A DNA stretch of 63,193 nucleotides, taken from assembly GCA_030744875.1 (NCBI GenBank), contig JASLPR010000030.1:1-63193 (forward strand), given 5' to 3'. How positions within the stretch are numbered: the stretch's first letter is position 1; each line of letters begins with the position of its first letter. Under the pieces are notes generated by a model, which worked only from the letters and a program-made list of their open reading frames with translations, made no database searches and was not told the origin of the DNA. Source of the stretch: Chloroflexota bacterium (lineage in GTDB: Bacteria; Chloroflexota; UBA11872; VXNJ01). This document shows positions 31,063-40,791 of the stretch, piece after piece. Made by a program: the position numbers and the translations under genes.

Positions 31063-31836
31063 GTGAATCGACTACAGGGGAAGATCGTCGGCATCACCGG
31101 CGGCAGCGCCGGTTTCGGCCGCGCCATGGCACTGGCCTTCGCCCGTGAAGGCGCGGCGGCGGTGGCCATCTGCGACCTCAACATGGAGGACGCCGCCGCG
31201 ACGGTGAAGGACCTCGAAGAGATCGGAACCAAAACTCTAGCCGTCGAACTGGATGTCACCGACACCGCCGGGCTGCGCGCCTACGTCCAGCAGATCATCG
31301 ACACCTTCGGCCGCCTGGATGTCTGGGTCGGCAACGCCGGCATCGCCGGCGGCGCTCCCGCCGAGGACGAGACCGAGGAGTTCTGGCGCAAGATGATCGA
31401 CCTGGACCTGAACGCCGTGTTCTTCGGCGCCCAGGCCGCCGGCCGCCACATGCTCGAGCAGGGCGGCGGGGTCATCCTCAGCACGGCCTCGATGCTCATC
31501 GAGCAGCACACCCAGGCCTACCGCACGGCCTACGGCGTGGCCAAGACCGGCGTCGTCAACCTCACCCGGGCACTGGCCGTCGAGTGGGGCGGGCGCGGCA
31601 TCCGGGTCAACGCCATCGGCCCCGGCTTCGCCAACACCGGGCTCTTTCAGCGCGGCCGCACCGAGCACTCGATTCCGGTCGAAGATCTGCTCTCGCGGGT
31701 GCCGATGGGGCGCTTCGTGGAGGTCGAGGAGATCGCCGCCGCGGCCGTCTTCCTGGCGTCTGACGAGGCCTCGTTCATCAACGGCCACCTGCTGCTGGTC
31801 GACGGCGGCTGGAGCGCCAACAGTTCGCCGACCTAG
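31063..31836 (+). CDS. SDR family oxidoreductase
   Basis: TGGSAGFG, NAG, Y...K (YGVAK), VNAIGPG, VDGG. Confidence 0.92.
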   Translation: MNRLQGKIVGITGGSAGFGRAMALAFAREGAAAVAICDLNMEDAAATVKDLEEIGTKTLAVELDVTDTAGLRAYVQQIIDTFGRLDVWVGNAGIAGGAPAEDETEEFWRKMIDLDLNAVFFGAQAAGRHMLEQGGGVILSTASMLIEQHTQAYRTAYGVAKTGVVNLTRALAVEWGGRGIRVNAIGPGFANTGLFQRGRTEHSIPVEDLLSRVPMGRFVEVEEIAAAAVFLASDEASFINGHLLLVDGGWSANSSPT

Positions 31837-31887
31837 CCGCAACCCGATCCCGCCCAACCCAACCCCGCCCCACCATCGGAGGCCCAC

Positions 31888-32667
31888 ATGGCTGACAGCA
31901 ACGGCAAATCCGTAATCATCACCGGCGCCGGTCGCGGCATCGGCCGCGCCATCGCCCTGCGCCTCGCGCGCGACGGCTTCAGCATCATGATCAACGACCT
32001 GGATGCCGGGCCGGCCGGCGAGGTCGTTGCCGAAATCGAAGCCGCCGGCGGCGTCGCCATCAGCAACGGCGCCAACGTCACCGACGAAGACCAGGTTGCC
32101 GCGATGGTCCAGCAGGCCGCCGCCGAGTTTGGCCAGGTCGACGTGATGATCGCCAACGCCGGCATCGGGGTGCAGAAGCGCATCACCGAGACCACATTGG
32201 ATGACTTCGACAAGATCCTCAAGGTCAACCTCTACGGCGTGTTTCTCTGCGGCCGCGAGGCGGCTCGCCACATGCTGCCGCGCAAGCAGGGCAAGATCAT
32301 CTTCGCCGCCTCGACCTCCGGGCGGCGCGGCGCGCCCTTCCAGAGCGCCTATTGCTCCAGCAAGTTCGGTGTCGTCGGGCTCACCCAGTCGATGGCCAAA
32401 GAACTCGGCCCCGAAGGTATAACCGTCAACGCCTACTGCCCGGGCATCGTCAATACCCGCATGTGGGAAGAGGTCGATCGCGAGCGCTCCAAGCTCATGG
32501 GCAAGCCGCCCGGGACGGCCCTGCAGCAGGCCATCGACAGCATCGCCCTGGGGCGGATGGAAGAGCCCGAGGATGTCGCCAACTTCGTCAGCTTCCTGGC
32601 CGGACCCGATTCCGACTATGTCACCGGCCAGGCGATGTTGGTGTGCGGCGGGGTGCACATGGCGTAG
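31888..32667 (+). CDS. SDR family oxidoreductase (acetoin/diacetyl or polyol dehydrogenase-like)
   Basis: TGAGRGIG, NAG, YCSSKF, TVNAYCPG.V.T.MW, PDSDYVTGQ. Confidence 0.9.
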   Translation: MADSNGKSVIITGAGRGIGRAIALRLARDGFSIMINDLDAGPAGEVVAEIEAAGGVAISNGANVTDEDQVAAMVQQAAAEFGQVDVMIANAGIGVQKRITETTLDDFDKILKVNLYGVFLCGREAARHMLPRKQGKIIFAASTSGRRGAPFQSAYCSSKFGVVGLTQSMAKELGPEGITVNAYCPGIVNTRMWEEVDRERSKLMGKPPGTALQQAIDSIALGRMEEPEDVANFVSFLAGPDSDYVTGQAMLVCGGVHMA

Positions 32668-32881
32668 GCCGCCGCGGCCGCGGCCTCGCGGTCTCGACGG
32701 CCGGGCGAGGTCGGGTCGGCGCGCGAACCGGGCCGCGGCCTGATGGTCTCGACCGTCCCCGAATCATTGGGTTAGACACCCGCGGGTGTTTCGTCCGACA
32801 ATGAATGCCAGTCGAGGCTGGCGTGTGGGTCGGCGGCCGGTTTTTTTTGGCCCAAACAGATTCTCGGGGTTATTCACTCGC

Positions 32882-34275
32882 ATGGGCACCATCCTCAAGA
32901 TCTTCTTTGCCCTGGTCGGGGTGGTCATCCTGGCCATCGCCGGCTACGCCGTCTACATTGCCACCCTGCTCGGGTTCATCACCTTCCCCTGGATGGAAGA
33001 ACTGCCCGAAATCGAGGCGGCGGTCGTCGACACCACCGAGCGCGACCGCATCGTTGACCTCTTCGATGACGACATCACCGACGACGGCTCGTTCGACATC
33101 ACGCTCACCGAGGAAGAGGTCAACCGGCTCATCGCCGCCGAAATCGCCGGCGCGCCGTGGATCAGCCGCCTATCCCTCGAGCTACACCCGGACAACCTGA
33201 AGCTCGACGGCGACCTCCGCGGCCGCACCGACGTGCCGTTTAGCGGCGAGCTCGAGGTTTCGGTCAGCGGCGGCCAGGTCACCTTCTCGGTCACCGCCAT
33301 CTCCCTCGGCATCGTGCTGGTGCCGGACGGGGCCACCGACTTCATAAGCAAGTTCGTCAATGACGTCACCGACTTCAACGACGCCCTCTCCGACAGCGAA
33401 GTCAACATCTCGCTCCTCGAGGTATCCGAGGGCAGCGTCCACGTGGTCGGCACCGGCGAAGTGAGCGTGCCGACCGAGTAAGAGATTGTTGAAGTCGAGG
33501 CCCGGCAGGTCGATCTTCCCGAGCCGCGGTCTGGCAGCCAGTCGCCGCCCACCATCACGCCGCCCGACGGCGCCTGGAGCTACCTGGCGCTGGGCGACTC
33601 GCTCTCCTTCGGCGAGGGCTCCAGCGGCGTCGATGCCAACTACGCGGTCGGCTTCGCCAACTACCTCAACACCAGCTTCGGGGTGACCTTCGGGTTCCAG
33701 AACTTCGGCATCGCCGGCGAGAGCACCGACTCGATGATCAACGGCGGCAACCGGCAGCTCGACCGTGCCATCGAGCGCGTCAACGAGCTGGTCAACGACG
33801 GCAACCCGGACACCAACGTCCACGTCATCACCATCGCGATGGGCGCCAACGACATCTTCCCGGTGCTGCAGGGTGTGGAGTGCAGCGCCGATCCCTTCGG
33901 CGAAGCCTGCCAGACGGCGCTGGACGCGGCGGTGGCGGTCTTCGGCGTGAACATCGAGCAGATCTTCAGCCGCCTGCGCGCCGCCGCCGGGCCCGACATC
34001 CACATCATCGTGATGACCTACTACAACCCCTTCAATTTCGGCACCGGGCTGGTTTTCGAGGATGTCTCCGACGCCACCGTCAACGAGCTCAACACGCAGA
34101 TCCACGCCGCCTCCGGGCTGCACAACATCGCCATCGCCCCGGCCAACGATCTCTATCGCGGGCTCTCGGCGGCGCTGACCCACATCCTCGTGGGCGATAT
34201 CCATCCCAACGACGACGGCTACCGGGTGCTGCTGCGGGCGTTCCAGGATGCCTACGAGGGGGTGGCCCCTTCTAG
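32882..34275 (+). pseudogene. membrane-anchored lipid-binding-like domain fused to an SGNH/GDSL hydrolase, interrupted by an in-frame TAA at 33479
   Basis: Reading through the TAA gives ...VPTE*EIVEV...YLALGDSLSFG (GDSL), G..GE, GANDI, YYNPF, DIHPN..GY. The 3' stop also appears out of frame. Confidence 0.75.
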
Positions 34276-34349
34276 CCCATCGCCGCTTGGGGCGGGTTGG
34301 CCAGGTCGGCCAGGTGCGTCGCGCGGTCCGCCACCCGCCGCGCGGTCCG

Positions 34350-35729
34350 CTACCCGCCGGGCGGGTCGGCGAAGATCTTGCCCGGGTTCAGGCGATCCTG
34401 GGGATCGAACGCCGCGCCCACGCTGCGCATCGCCGCCTGGTCGGCCGGGGCCAGCACCGCATCCATGTAGCCGCGCTTCTCCAGCCCGATCCCGTGCTCG
34501 CCGCTCAGCACCCCGCCCAGGTCCAGGCAGAAGTGCAGGATCTCGCTGCCGGCCTGCATCGCCCGCTCGAACTCGGCCGGGTCGGCGGCGTCGAATAGTA
34601 CGTTGGGGTGCAAGTTCCCGTCGCCGGCGTGCAGGTAGGTCGCCACCAGCATTTGGTGTTTCGCGGCCACCACCTCGATCGCCTCCAGGGCGTCGGGCAG
34701 GCGGCTGCGTGGCACCACCGCGTCGTGCACGTAGTAGTCCGGCCGCAGGTTGCCCAGCACGGTCCGCGCGCCCTTGCGCCCGCGCCATAGCGCTGCCCGC
34801 TCGGACTCGGTCTCCGCCCGCCGGGTTGTGGTGGCCGAACCGGCGCAGATGGCCTCAATTCGTTCCATCTCGGCGTCCAGGCCGTCCTCCACCCCTTCGA
34901 TTTCCACCAGCAGAACCGCCCCGGCATCGGGCGGGAAGCCGGCGTGCAGCGCCTCCTCGACCGCCCGCGCGGTCATGCCGTCCACCAGTTCCAGCGCCAC
35001 CGGCAGGATCCCGGCGGCGATGATTTCGGTCACCGCTTCGCCGGCGGCGCGCACTCCGGTAAATGCCGCTAGCAGGGTACGCACCGCCTCCGGCGCCCGC
35101 CGCAGCCGCAGCGCAATTTTGGTCACGATTCCCAGCGTTCCTTCCGAGCCCACCATGGCCCCGCGCAGGTCGTAGCCGGCGGCGTCACCGGCGTCCGAGC
35201 CCAGCCACACCAACTCACTTCCGGCCAGCGCCACCTCCAGGCCCAGGACGTAGTTGGTGGTCGTGCCGTGGGCCAGGCAGTGCGCCCCGCCGGAGTTCTC
35301 GGCCACGTTGCCGCCCAGCGTGCAGATGCGCTGGCTGGAGGGGTCCGGGGCGTAGTACAGCCCGTGTTTGGCCGCCGCCGTGGTGAGGTGGTCGTTCACG
35401 ACCCCGGGCTCCACCAGCGCCCGCCGATCGCGCCGATCCACGTCGAGAATGCGGTCCATCCGCGTGAAGGCCACCACGATCCCGCCCTGGCTGGGAATCG
35501 CACCGCCGCTCAGGCCGGTACCGGCGCCGCGCGGCACCACCGGCAGATCGAACTCCCGCGCCACCCCCACCACCCGGCAGACCTCGGCGGCCGACTCCGG
35601 CAGCACCACCGCTCGCGGCCGTCCGTGGGCCAGCGAGGCGTCGAATTCGTAGGCCGTCCGTCCGGCCGCGTCGCCGAACACCCGGTCGGCGGTCAGGGCG
35701 CGCTCCAGCGCCCGGATCAGCCCTGGCAC
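34350..35729 (-). CDS. glcD: FAD-linked oxidase, glycolate oxidase GlcD-like
   Basis: PRGAGTGLSGG, PDPSS...CTLGGNVAENSGG.HC, GSEGTLG, HAGDGNLHP, GEHGIG.EK, NPGK. Confidence 0.88.
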   Translation of the reverse strand: MPGLIRALERALTADRVFGDAAGRTAYEFDASLAHGRPRAVVLPESAAEVCRVVGVAREFDLPVVPRGAGTGLSGGAIPSQGGIVVAFTRMDRILDVDRRDRRALVEPGVVNDHLTTAAAKHGLYYAPDPSSQRICTLGGNVAENSGGAHCLAHGTTTNYVLGLEVALAGSELVWLGSDAGDAAGYDLRGAMVGSEGTLGIVTKIALRLRRAPEAVRTLLAAFTGVRAAGEAVTEIIAAGILPVALELVDGMTARAVEEALHAGFPPDAGAVLLVEIEGVEDGLDAEMERIEAICAGSATTTRRAETESERAALWRGRKGARTVLGNLRPDYYVHDAVVPRSRLPDALEAIEVVAAKHQMLVATYLHAGDGNLHPNVLFDAADPAEFERAMQAGSEILHFCLDLGGVLSGEHGIGLEKRGYMDAVLAPADQAAMRSVGAAFDPQDRLNPGKIFADPPGG

Positions 35730-35732
35730 CGC

Positions 35733-36539
35733 CTAGGCGTCGCCGGGGGAGGGCCGGGTCAGCGGCGGTCCACCGTCGACGTAGTGGGACTGCGCCTGGG
35801 CGATCCGCGTAGCCGTTCCCGGCAGGCTTTCCAGCAGGTTGCGGAACACGTCCTCTTTGATGGTCAGCGTCTTCATATCGGTGTCGGCGCGGATCGAGGC
35901 GTGACGGGTCGAGTCGCCCAGCAGCGCCAACTCGCCGAAGAAGTTGCCCTCCTCCAGCACCCGGTCCTGGCGCTTGCCGGCCGCCGTCGCCACCGTTACT
36001 CGCGCCTGGCCCCGCCGGATCACATGAAAGTCGCTGCCGTAGTTGCCCTGCAGGAAAACCACCTTGCCGGCCGGGTAACGTTCCCAGCCGAAGCGCCGCG
36101 CCAGTTCCGGATCGCGCGTCTGCAGCGATTCGATCTTCTGCGCGACGTTTCGCTGCGAAAGTAGCACCGCCGAGCGGCGCTCAAACTGCTCGCCCAGGGT
36201 GAATTTCTGCAGGCCCAGCATGTTCACTAGCGGCCGGATCGACAGCCCCTGCACGAACAGCGTGAACAGCACCACCCCGAAGGTCATGTCCAGCAGCAGT
36301 TCGCGATCCTCGAAGCCGTGGTCGAGGCTCAGCACCATCGCCAGCGCCATCGCCCCGCGCAGACCGCCCCAGTACATCACCGCCTGGTAGCGCCAGGTGA
36401 TCGGGTGCAGCAGCAGGCGATTCACCAGCGGCAGGGCCATCAGCATCGGTAGGCCGCGGGCCACCAGCACGGCCGCCCCCGCCACCAGCAGCAAGACCGC
36501 TACCAGCAGCACTTCCTCCGCGGTGAACACATCTTCCAT
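35733..36539 (-). pseudogene. internally deleted CPA1 antiporter with C-terminal cNMP-binding domain
   Basis: The first TM is joined directly to the last TMs (WGGLRGA...FGVVLFTLFVQG), followed by the cNMP motif GNFFGELALL..R.ASI.A. The core TDP/GESL.ND motifs are absent. Confidence 0.7.
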
Positions 36540-36791
36540 GCCCCTGGACCCCTCAGTCGTTCATTGAGCCACGAATGGCACCGAGTATAGCCCTCGGCTT
36601 CCGCGGTTTTGGATCGCCGGACACTCCTGTGGCGGCGGCGGTCGGGCCGGCTACCCTGTCGGCCGCGGCGGGTGGCCGGCCTACCGGCATCTAATGGCCG
36701 CTGCGTATGCGATCATGTGCGCTCACCACGTCCGGCGGAGCGCCCAAATACGCTTTGCTGGCCCCCACACCATCAAGGAACCTCGTACGCA

Positions 36792-38087
36792 ATGACACCA
36801 GCCCAGATCGCCGCGATTCTGATATTCGCCGTGACCTTCGTCGGCATCCTCTCGGACAAGATCCACCGCACCATCGTCGGTGCGGTGGGGGCGGTCGTGA
36901 TGGTCGCCGTCGGCGGCGCCATGGATTTCTACTCCGAAGAAGAGGCCCTGGAGGCCGTCGACTTCAACACCATCGGGCTGCTGCTGGGAATGATGATCCT
37001 GGTCGGCCTGCTGGAGCAGACCGGCTTCTTCCAGTACGCCGCCATCGTCGCCGGGCGCTGGTCGAAGGGCAGCCCCTGGCTGCTGATGGTCACGTTGGGC
37101 ACCGTCACCACGGTTCTGTCGCTCTTCCTCGACAACGTCACCACCATCATCCTGATCGCGCCAATCACCATCTGGATTGCCCAGACCCTTGGCATCAGCC
37201 CGGTGCCGCTGCTGATCACCAACGCGCTGCTCTCCAACACCGGTGGAGTCGGCACGCTCGTGGGTGATCCGCCGAACATCATCATCGGCTCGGCGGCCGG
37301 CTTCAGCTTCAACGACTTCCTCACCCACGCCCTGCCGATCGCCTTCGTCGCCTGGCTCGTGGTGCTGATAACCCTGCGCTTCGTGTTCCGCGATCAGCTT
37401 GCCGTGCGTCCCACGCACATCGACGCCCTCATGGACATGCATGCCGATGAGGCGCTGCACGATCGCGGATCCCTGAATCGCATCCTCATCGTCTTCGCCG
37501 CGGTGATTGCCACATTCTTCCTTCACAACGCTCTCCACCTGAGCCCGGCCTTCGTCGCCCTGGCCGGCGCTTCCGCCGCCCTGCTCTGGGTCCGCCCGGC
37601 GATCGACAAGATCCTCGAAACCGTCGAGTGGTCGGTGCTGCTCTTCTTCGCCTCGCTGTTCATCGCCGTCGGCGGTCTCGAAGCGTCCGGCGTCCTCGAG
37701 CGCGTCGGCGAGGCCGTGGCCGACCTGGCCGTGGAGAACCTGCTGCTCGCCGCCCTCGTCACCCTCTGGGTCAGCGCCATCGCCTCGGCCATCGTCGACA
37801 ACATCCCCTTCACCATCGCCCTGGTCCCGGTCATTCAGCAACTCACCGCCCTGGGCATCAACGCCTCGCCGCTCTGGTGGGCGCTGGCGTTCGGGGCCGG
37901 CTTCGGCGGCAACGGCACGCCGATCGGCTCCACCGCCAATGTGGTCACGATCACCGTCAGCGAGCGCACCGACACCCCCATCACCACCCGCATGTGGCTG
38001 CGTTCGGGGTTGATCGCGATGCTGGTCACCACTACCGTCGCCAGTGTTCTCTTCGTCGTCTTTTTCGAACTGTTTAAGACACCTTAG
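36792..38087 (+). CDS. ArsB/NhaD (P-protein/SLC13-like) family transporter
   Basis: HRT...GA, DFNTIGLL.GMM, FLDNVTT, SN.GG..TL.GDPPN, DNIPF, WWAL..GAG.GGNGT.IG..AN. Confidence 0.9.
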   Translation: MTPAQIAAILIFAVTFVGILSDKIHRTIVGAVGAVVMVAVGGAMDFYSEEEALEAVDFNTIGLLLGMMILVGLLEQTGFFQYAAIVAGRWSKGSPWLLMVTLGTVTTVLSLFLDNVTTIILIAPITIWIAQTLGISPVPLLITNALLSNTGGVGTLVGDPPNIIIGSAAGFSFNDFLTHALPIAFVAWLVVLITLRFVFRDQLAVRPTHIDALMDMHADEALHDRGSLNRILIVFAAVIATFFLHNALHLSPAFVALAGASAALLWVRPAIDKILETVEWSVLLFFASLFIAVGGLEASGVLERVGEAVADLAVENLLLAALVTLWVSAIASAIVDNIPFTIALVPVIQQLTALGINASPLWWALAFGAGFGGNGTPIGSTANVVTITVSERTDTPITTRMWLRSGLIAMLVTTTVASVLFVVFFELFKTP

Positions 38088-38122
38088 CCGGCGATCGCAT
38101 CTAGCTGTCCCCGCCCGCCGGC

Positions 38123-38221
38123 TGGCTGCGTTCGGGACTGATCACAGTGCTGATTGCCAGCACCGTTGCCAGTGTTCTCTTCGTCGTCTTCTTCGAACTG
38201 TCTAAGACGCCCTAGCCGGCG
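38123..38221 (+). repeat. diverged second copy of the transporter's 3' end (copy 1 at 37995-38093)
   Basis: Encodes WLRSGLITVLIASTVASVLFVVFFELSKTP* versus WLRSGLIAMLVTTTVASVLFVVFFELFKTP*. Confidence 0.85.
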
Positions 38222-38269
38222 GTTGCGCCGGGTCTTCCCTGCTTGTTCGCCAAGCCCCGGTCGTACCGT

Positions 38270-38797
38270 CTAGTCGTCCCCGCCCGCCCCGTAGATCCGG
38301 CCGGCGCTCGTCGCCCCGGGCATCCACAGTGTCATGAACTCCAGCAGCCCCAGGTAGCTCCGCGCCTTGCCCGCCTCATCCACGATCGGGATACCACGCA
38401 GGCCGTTGGAGTGCAGCGTCAGGAAGGCGTCCTCGGCCGTGTCTGAAAACGTGATCGACACCGGCTCCGTCATCATCTCCCCCACCGTGTCATGCACCGC
38501 CAGCAAGAACGTCGCGTCCAGCATCCGCTCCAGGTCCATCAGGTCTTTGGTGTAGCCCTCCGGGAGCGCGTCGGCCAGGATGTCGTCGATCAGGCGGCCG
38601 ATTTCGAGAATGCCCACCAGCTGGTCTTCGGCGTCCACCACCGCGAGGGTGTTGGTGTCGCGATGGCGGCAGAACAGCCGCACCGCGTCCACCGCCAGCG
38701 ACTCCGGGTGCACTGCCACGGCCGGGCGCGGGCCCAGGTAGTCGCGGATTTCGGCGATTGTTGATTGCCGGGTGATCTTGAAGTCGGACTGGGGCAA
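38270..38797 (-). CDS. CBS domain pair protein
   Basis: Two CBS units (LAVVD....LVGIL; V.EMM..PV....GIPIVD..G). Confidence 0.8.
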   Translation of the reverse strand: MPQSDFKITRQSTIAEIRDYLGPRPAVAVHPESLAVDAVRLFCRHRDTNTLAVVDAEDQLVGILEIGRLIDDILADALPEGYTKDLMDLERMLDATFLLAVHDTVGEMMTEPVSITFSDTAEDAFLTLHSNGLRGIPIVDEAGKARSYLGLLEFMTLWMPGATSAGRIYGAGGDD

Positions 38798-38845
38798 GGA
38801 GTTCGCCTTCCCAGCGGTTCGGGGCTCGTCCCCAAGGTAGCACGA

Positions 38846-40585
38846 TCAGTCGCTTTTCGGATCGCCCTCCGCGTCGTCAGGATCCTCTTCAGCCGCGTCT
38901 TCGGGGGCCGCGATCTCGTCAACCTCTTCCAGCACCGTGCCGTCCTGCGGGTCGCTGGGCGCTTCGATCTCATCAAGCTCCGCCAGCGCCGCGCCGTCCG
39001 GATCGTCGAAGTCGTCGTCGCTCAAAATCACCAGCCCGCGGCCTTCCAGCTGCTCCAACTCGGGCACCAGGTCGCGGGTCTCGTGTTCCGGGAGCGTCGC
39101 CAGTAGGACGGCGACCTTCTCCGCGAACTCCTGGGCCTCCTCCTCGTAGCGGCTGAACGGGTCCGCCATTCGCAGCACCTCGCCGTTCAGCACCACCGCG
39201 TCCCAATCGATCATGTACGGCACCAGGTAGAAGTTGCCGATGGCCAGCAGGTCGCGCCAGCCGTCGATGTACTGGTAGGCCAGGAACAGGTTCTCCTCCC
39301 AGCCCGTCTGCTCGCCCAGGTCACGGTGCAGCCGCCGCCAATCAACGCGATCCGCGGCCCGGTGCTCGGCCAGCGCCCGCACGACGATCGCCCGTCCGAA
39401 CGCGCGGGTGCCCTTCGGTGGGGCCAGCATCGCCTGTTTGATATGCCCCTCGGCCACCTGCAGCACGATGTCCTCGCGCTCCTTCAGCGTCGTGTACAGG
39501 CTCACCCGCGGGTCGATGTGGTGGTAGGCTTGGTCGACCTTGCGCAGGTCGGGGTCGCTCCAGCCCTGCGGCGAGTCTTCGGCAAAGGCGCGCAGGCGCT
39601 CCAGCTTGGTGACCCAGTCCACCCGCCCGGACAGCGTCATCGGGTCGTCGGCCAGCCCATCCAGCACCCGCTCCCACTCGGTCAGCGTCCAGATGGTGTC
39701 CGGGTCGCGGTCGCCGTAGCGCCGCGTCGCCTCGGCCAGGAACATCCGCTGCACCTCAATCGCCGAGATCTCCCCGTAGGTGGTGTCCTGCACCGACCAG
39801 TCGCCCTCCCAGTTGGCCGCGATCCGTCGCAGGTCGCGCACCGTGTCCACCAGGTCCACCGGCGTTAGCCAGCCGTCGTCCAGCAGTTGCACCGCAAGCG
39901 CGGTGGTACCGATCTTGAGCGCCGTGGCGTACTCCGAGCGGTTGGCGTCGCTGGCGATCACGTGCAAGCGGCTGCGGTTGCCCAGCGGCTCGTCGCGTAG
40001 ATTGATGATCGGTCGGCCGCCGAAGCGCACCCGTCGGCTGACGTCCTTCTCGACGAACCCGCTGCGCTGTGCGATCGAGTACCGGGGCTCTCCCTCCATC
40101 CCCGGCACCTCCACCATCCCCGCCCCGGCGTAAAGCTGCCGCGTGACCAGGAACGGCATGAACCCGTACACCACCCGCGGGTCGTCCGGCTCGGAGCGCA
40201 GCGAGTAGTTCTCGTGGTAGCCGAAGGTGCTGCCGAAGTAGTCGGTGTTGTTCTTGACGAAATAGATCTCGTCGCGGCGGTCCAGTTCGTCCAGCGTCGC
40301 CAGCAGGATCCGGTCACCGGCCATCTCGTGGGCGACTATCGAGCCCAGCGTGCGGCACTCGGCGGTGGCGTATTCCAGGTGCCCGGAGTCGATGTAGAGT
40401 CGGCCGCCGTTGAACAGGAACCCGCCATTCCCGGGCTTCTCGCCCCACTCGCGCGGCGCCGGGTCGATCACCCCGTAATTGCCGCCGTCGAACACCTGCA
40501 CCTTCACCATCGCTGCGGCCTGCGCGGCGGCCACCGCGCCCACGCAGCCGTATTCCACCTCGGTGCCGAAAAGCGCGTCCTGCAT
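38846..40585 (-). CDS. pafA: Pup/UBact-type protein ligase PafA homolog with C-terminal extension and acidic tail
   Basis: LFG.EVEYG, GGFLFNGGRLYID.GH.EYATAEC, KNNTD..G..FG.HENY, PFLVTRQ...GAG, RPIIN.RDEP, RLHVI..DAN.SE...ALK.G, DW..K. No Dop loop. Confidence 0.88.
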   Translation of the reverse strand: MQDALFGTEVEYGCVGAVAAAQAAAMVKVQVFDGGNYGVIDPAPREWGEKPGNGGFLFNGGRLYIDSGHLEYATAECRTLGSIVAHEMAGDRILLATLDELDRRDEIYFVKNNTDYFGSTFGYHENYSLRSEPDDPRVVYGFMPFLVTRQLYAGAGMVEVPGMEGEPRYSIAQRSGFVEKDVSRRVRFGGRPIINLRDEPLGNRSRLHVIASDANRSEYATALKIGTTALAVQLLDDGWLTPVDLVDTVRDLRRIAANWEGDWSVQDTTYGEISAIEVQRMFLAEATRRYGDRDPDTIWTLTEWERVLDGLADDPMTLSGRVDWVTKLERLRAFAEDSPQGWSDPDLRKVDQAYHHIDPRVSLYTTLKEREDIVLQVAEGHIKQAMLAPPKGTRAFGRAIVVRALAEHRAADRVDWRRLHRDLGEQTGWEENLFLAYQYIDGWRDLLAIGNFYLVPYMIDWDAVVLNGEVLRMADPFSRYEEEAQEFAEKVAVLLATLPEHETRDLVPELEQLEGRGLVILSDDDFDDPDGAALAELDEIEAPSDPQDGTVLEEVDEIAAPEDAAEEDPDDAEGDPKSD

Positions 40586-40608
40586 CGGTTCGAGTCCTGC
40601 CGACGCCC

Positions 40609-40791
40609 CTACTCGCCGCCCGGCTGCGGGGTCGGGTCGGGGATTTCGCGGATGATTCGTTTTACCCGCTCATCCAGTTCGTCGTCTTCCTTCTTCTTCG
40701 GCTTGCTCGGCGTTTTCGACGGCTTCGTCGGCGCGTCCGTCTCCAGCACCGGCAGGCCCCCCGCCGCGAAATGCTTCCTCATCATGCTCAA
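40609..40791 (-). CDS. prokaryotic ubiquitin-like modifier (Pup/UBact analog) ending in GGE
   Basis: 60-aa Pro/Lys/acidic protein with C-terminal PQPGGE, between dop and pafA. Its start overlaps the dop stop; RBS GGGAG. Confidence 0.8.
   Translation of the reverse strand: MSMMRKHFAAGGLPVLETDAPTKPSKTPSKPKKKEDDELDERVKRIIREIPDPTPQPGGE

Noticed and set aside
25799-33481. Stop-codon reassignment of TAA
   Set aside because: TAA terminates the ModE-like and NhaP genes normally, and the two internal TAAs would need different amino acids.
33683-35023. 446-aa ORF overlapping glcD
   Set aside because: Only the first ~190 aa are SGNH. The rest is Arg/Pro-rich read-through, probably from a frameshift near 34260.
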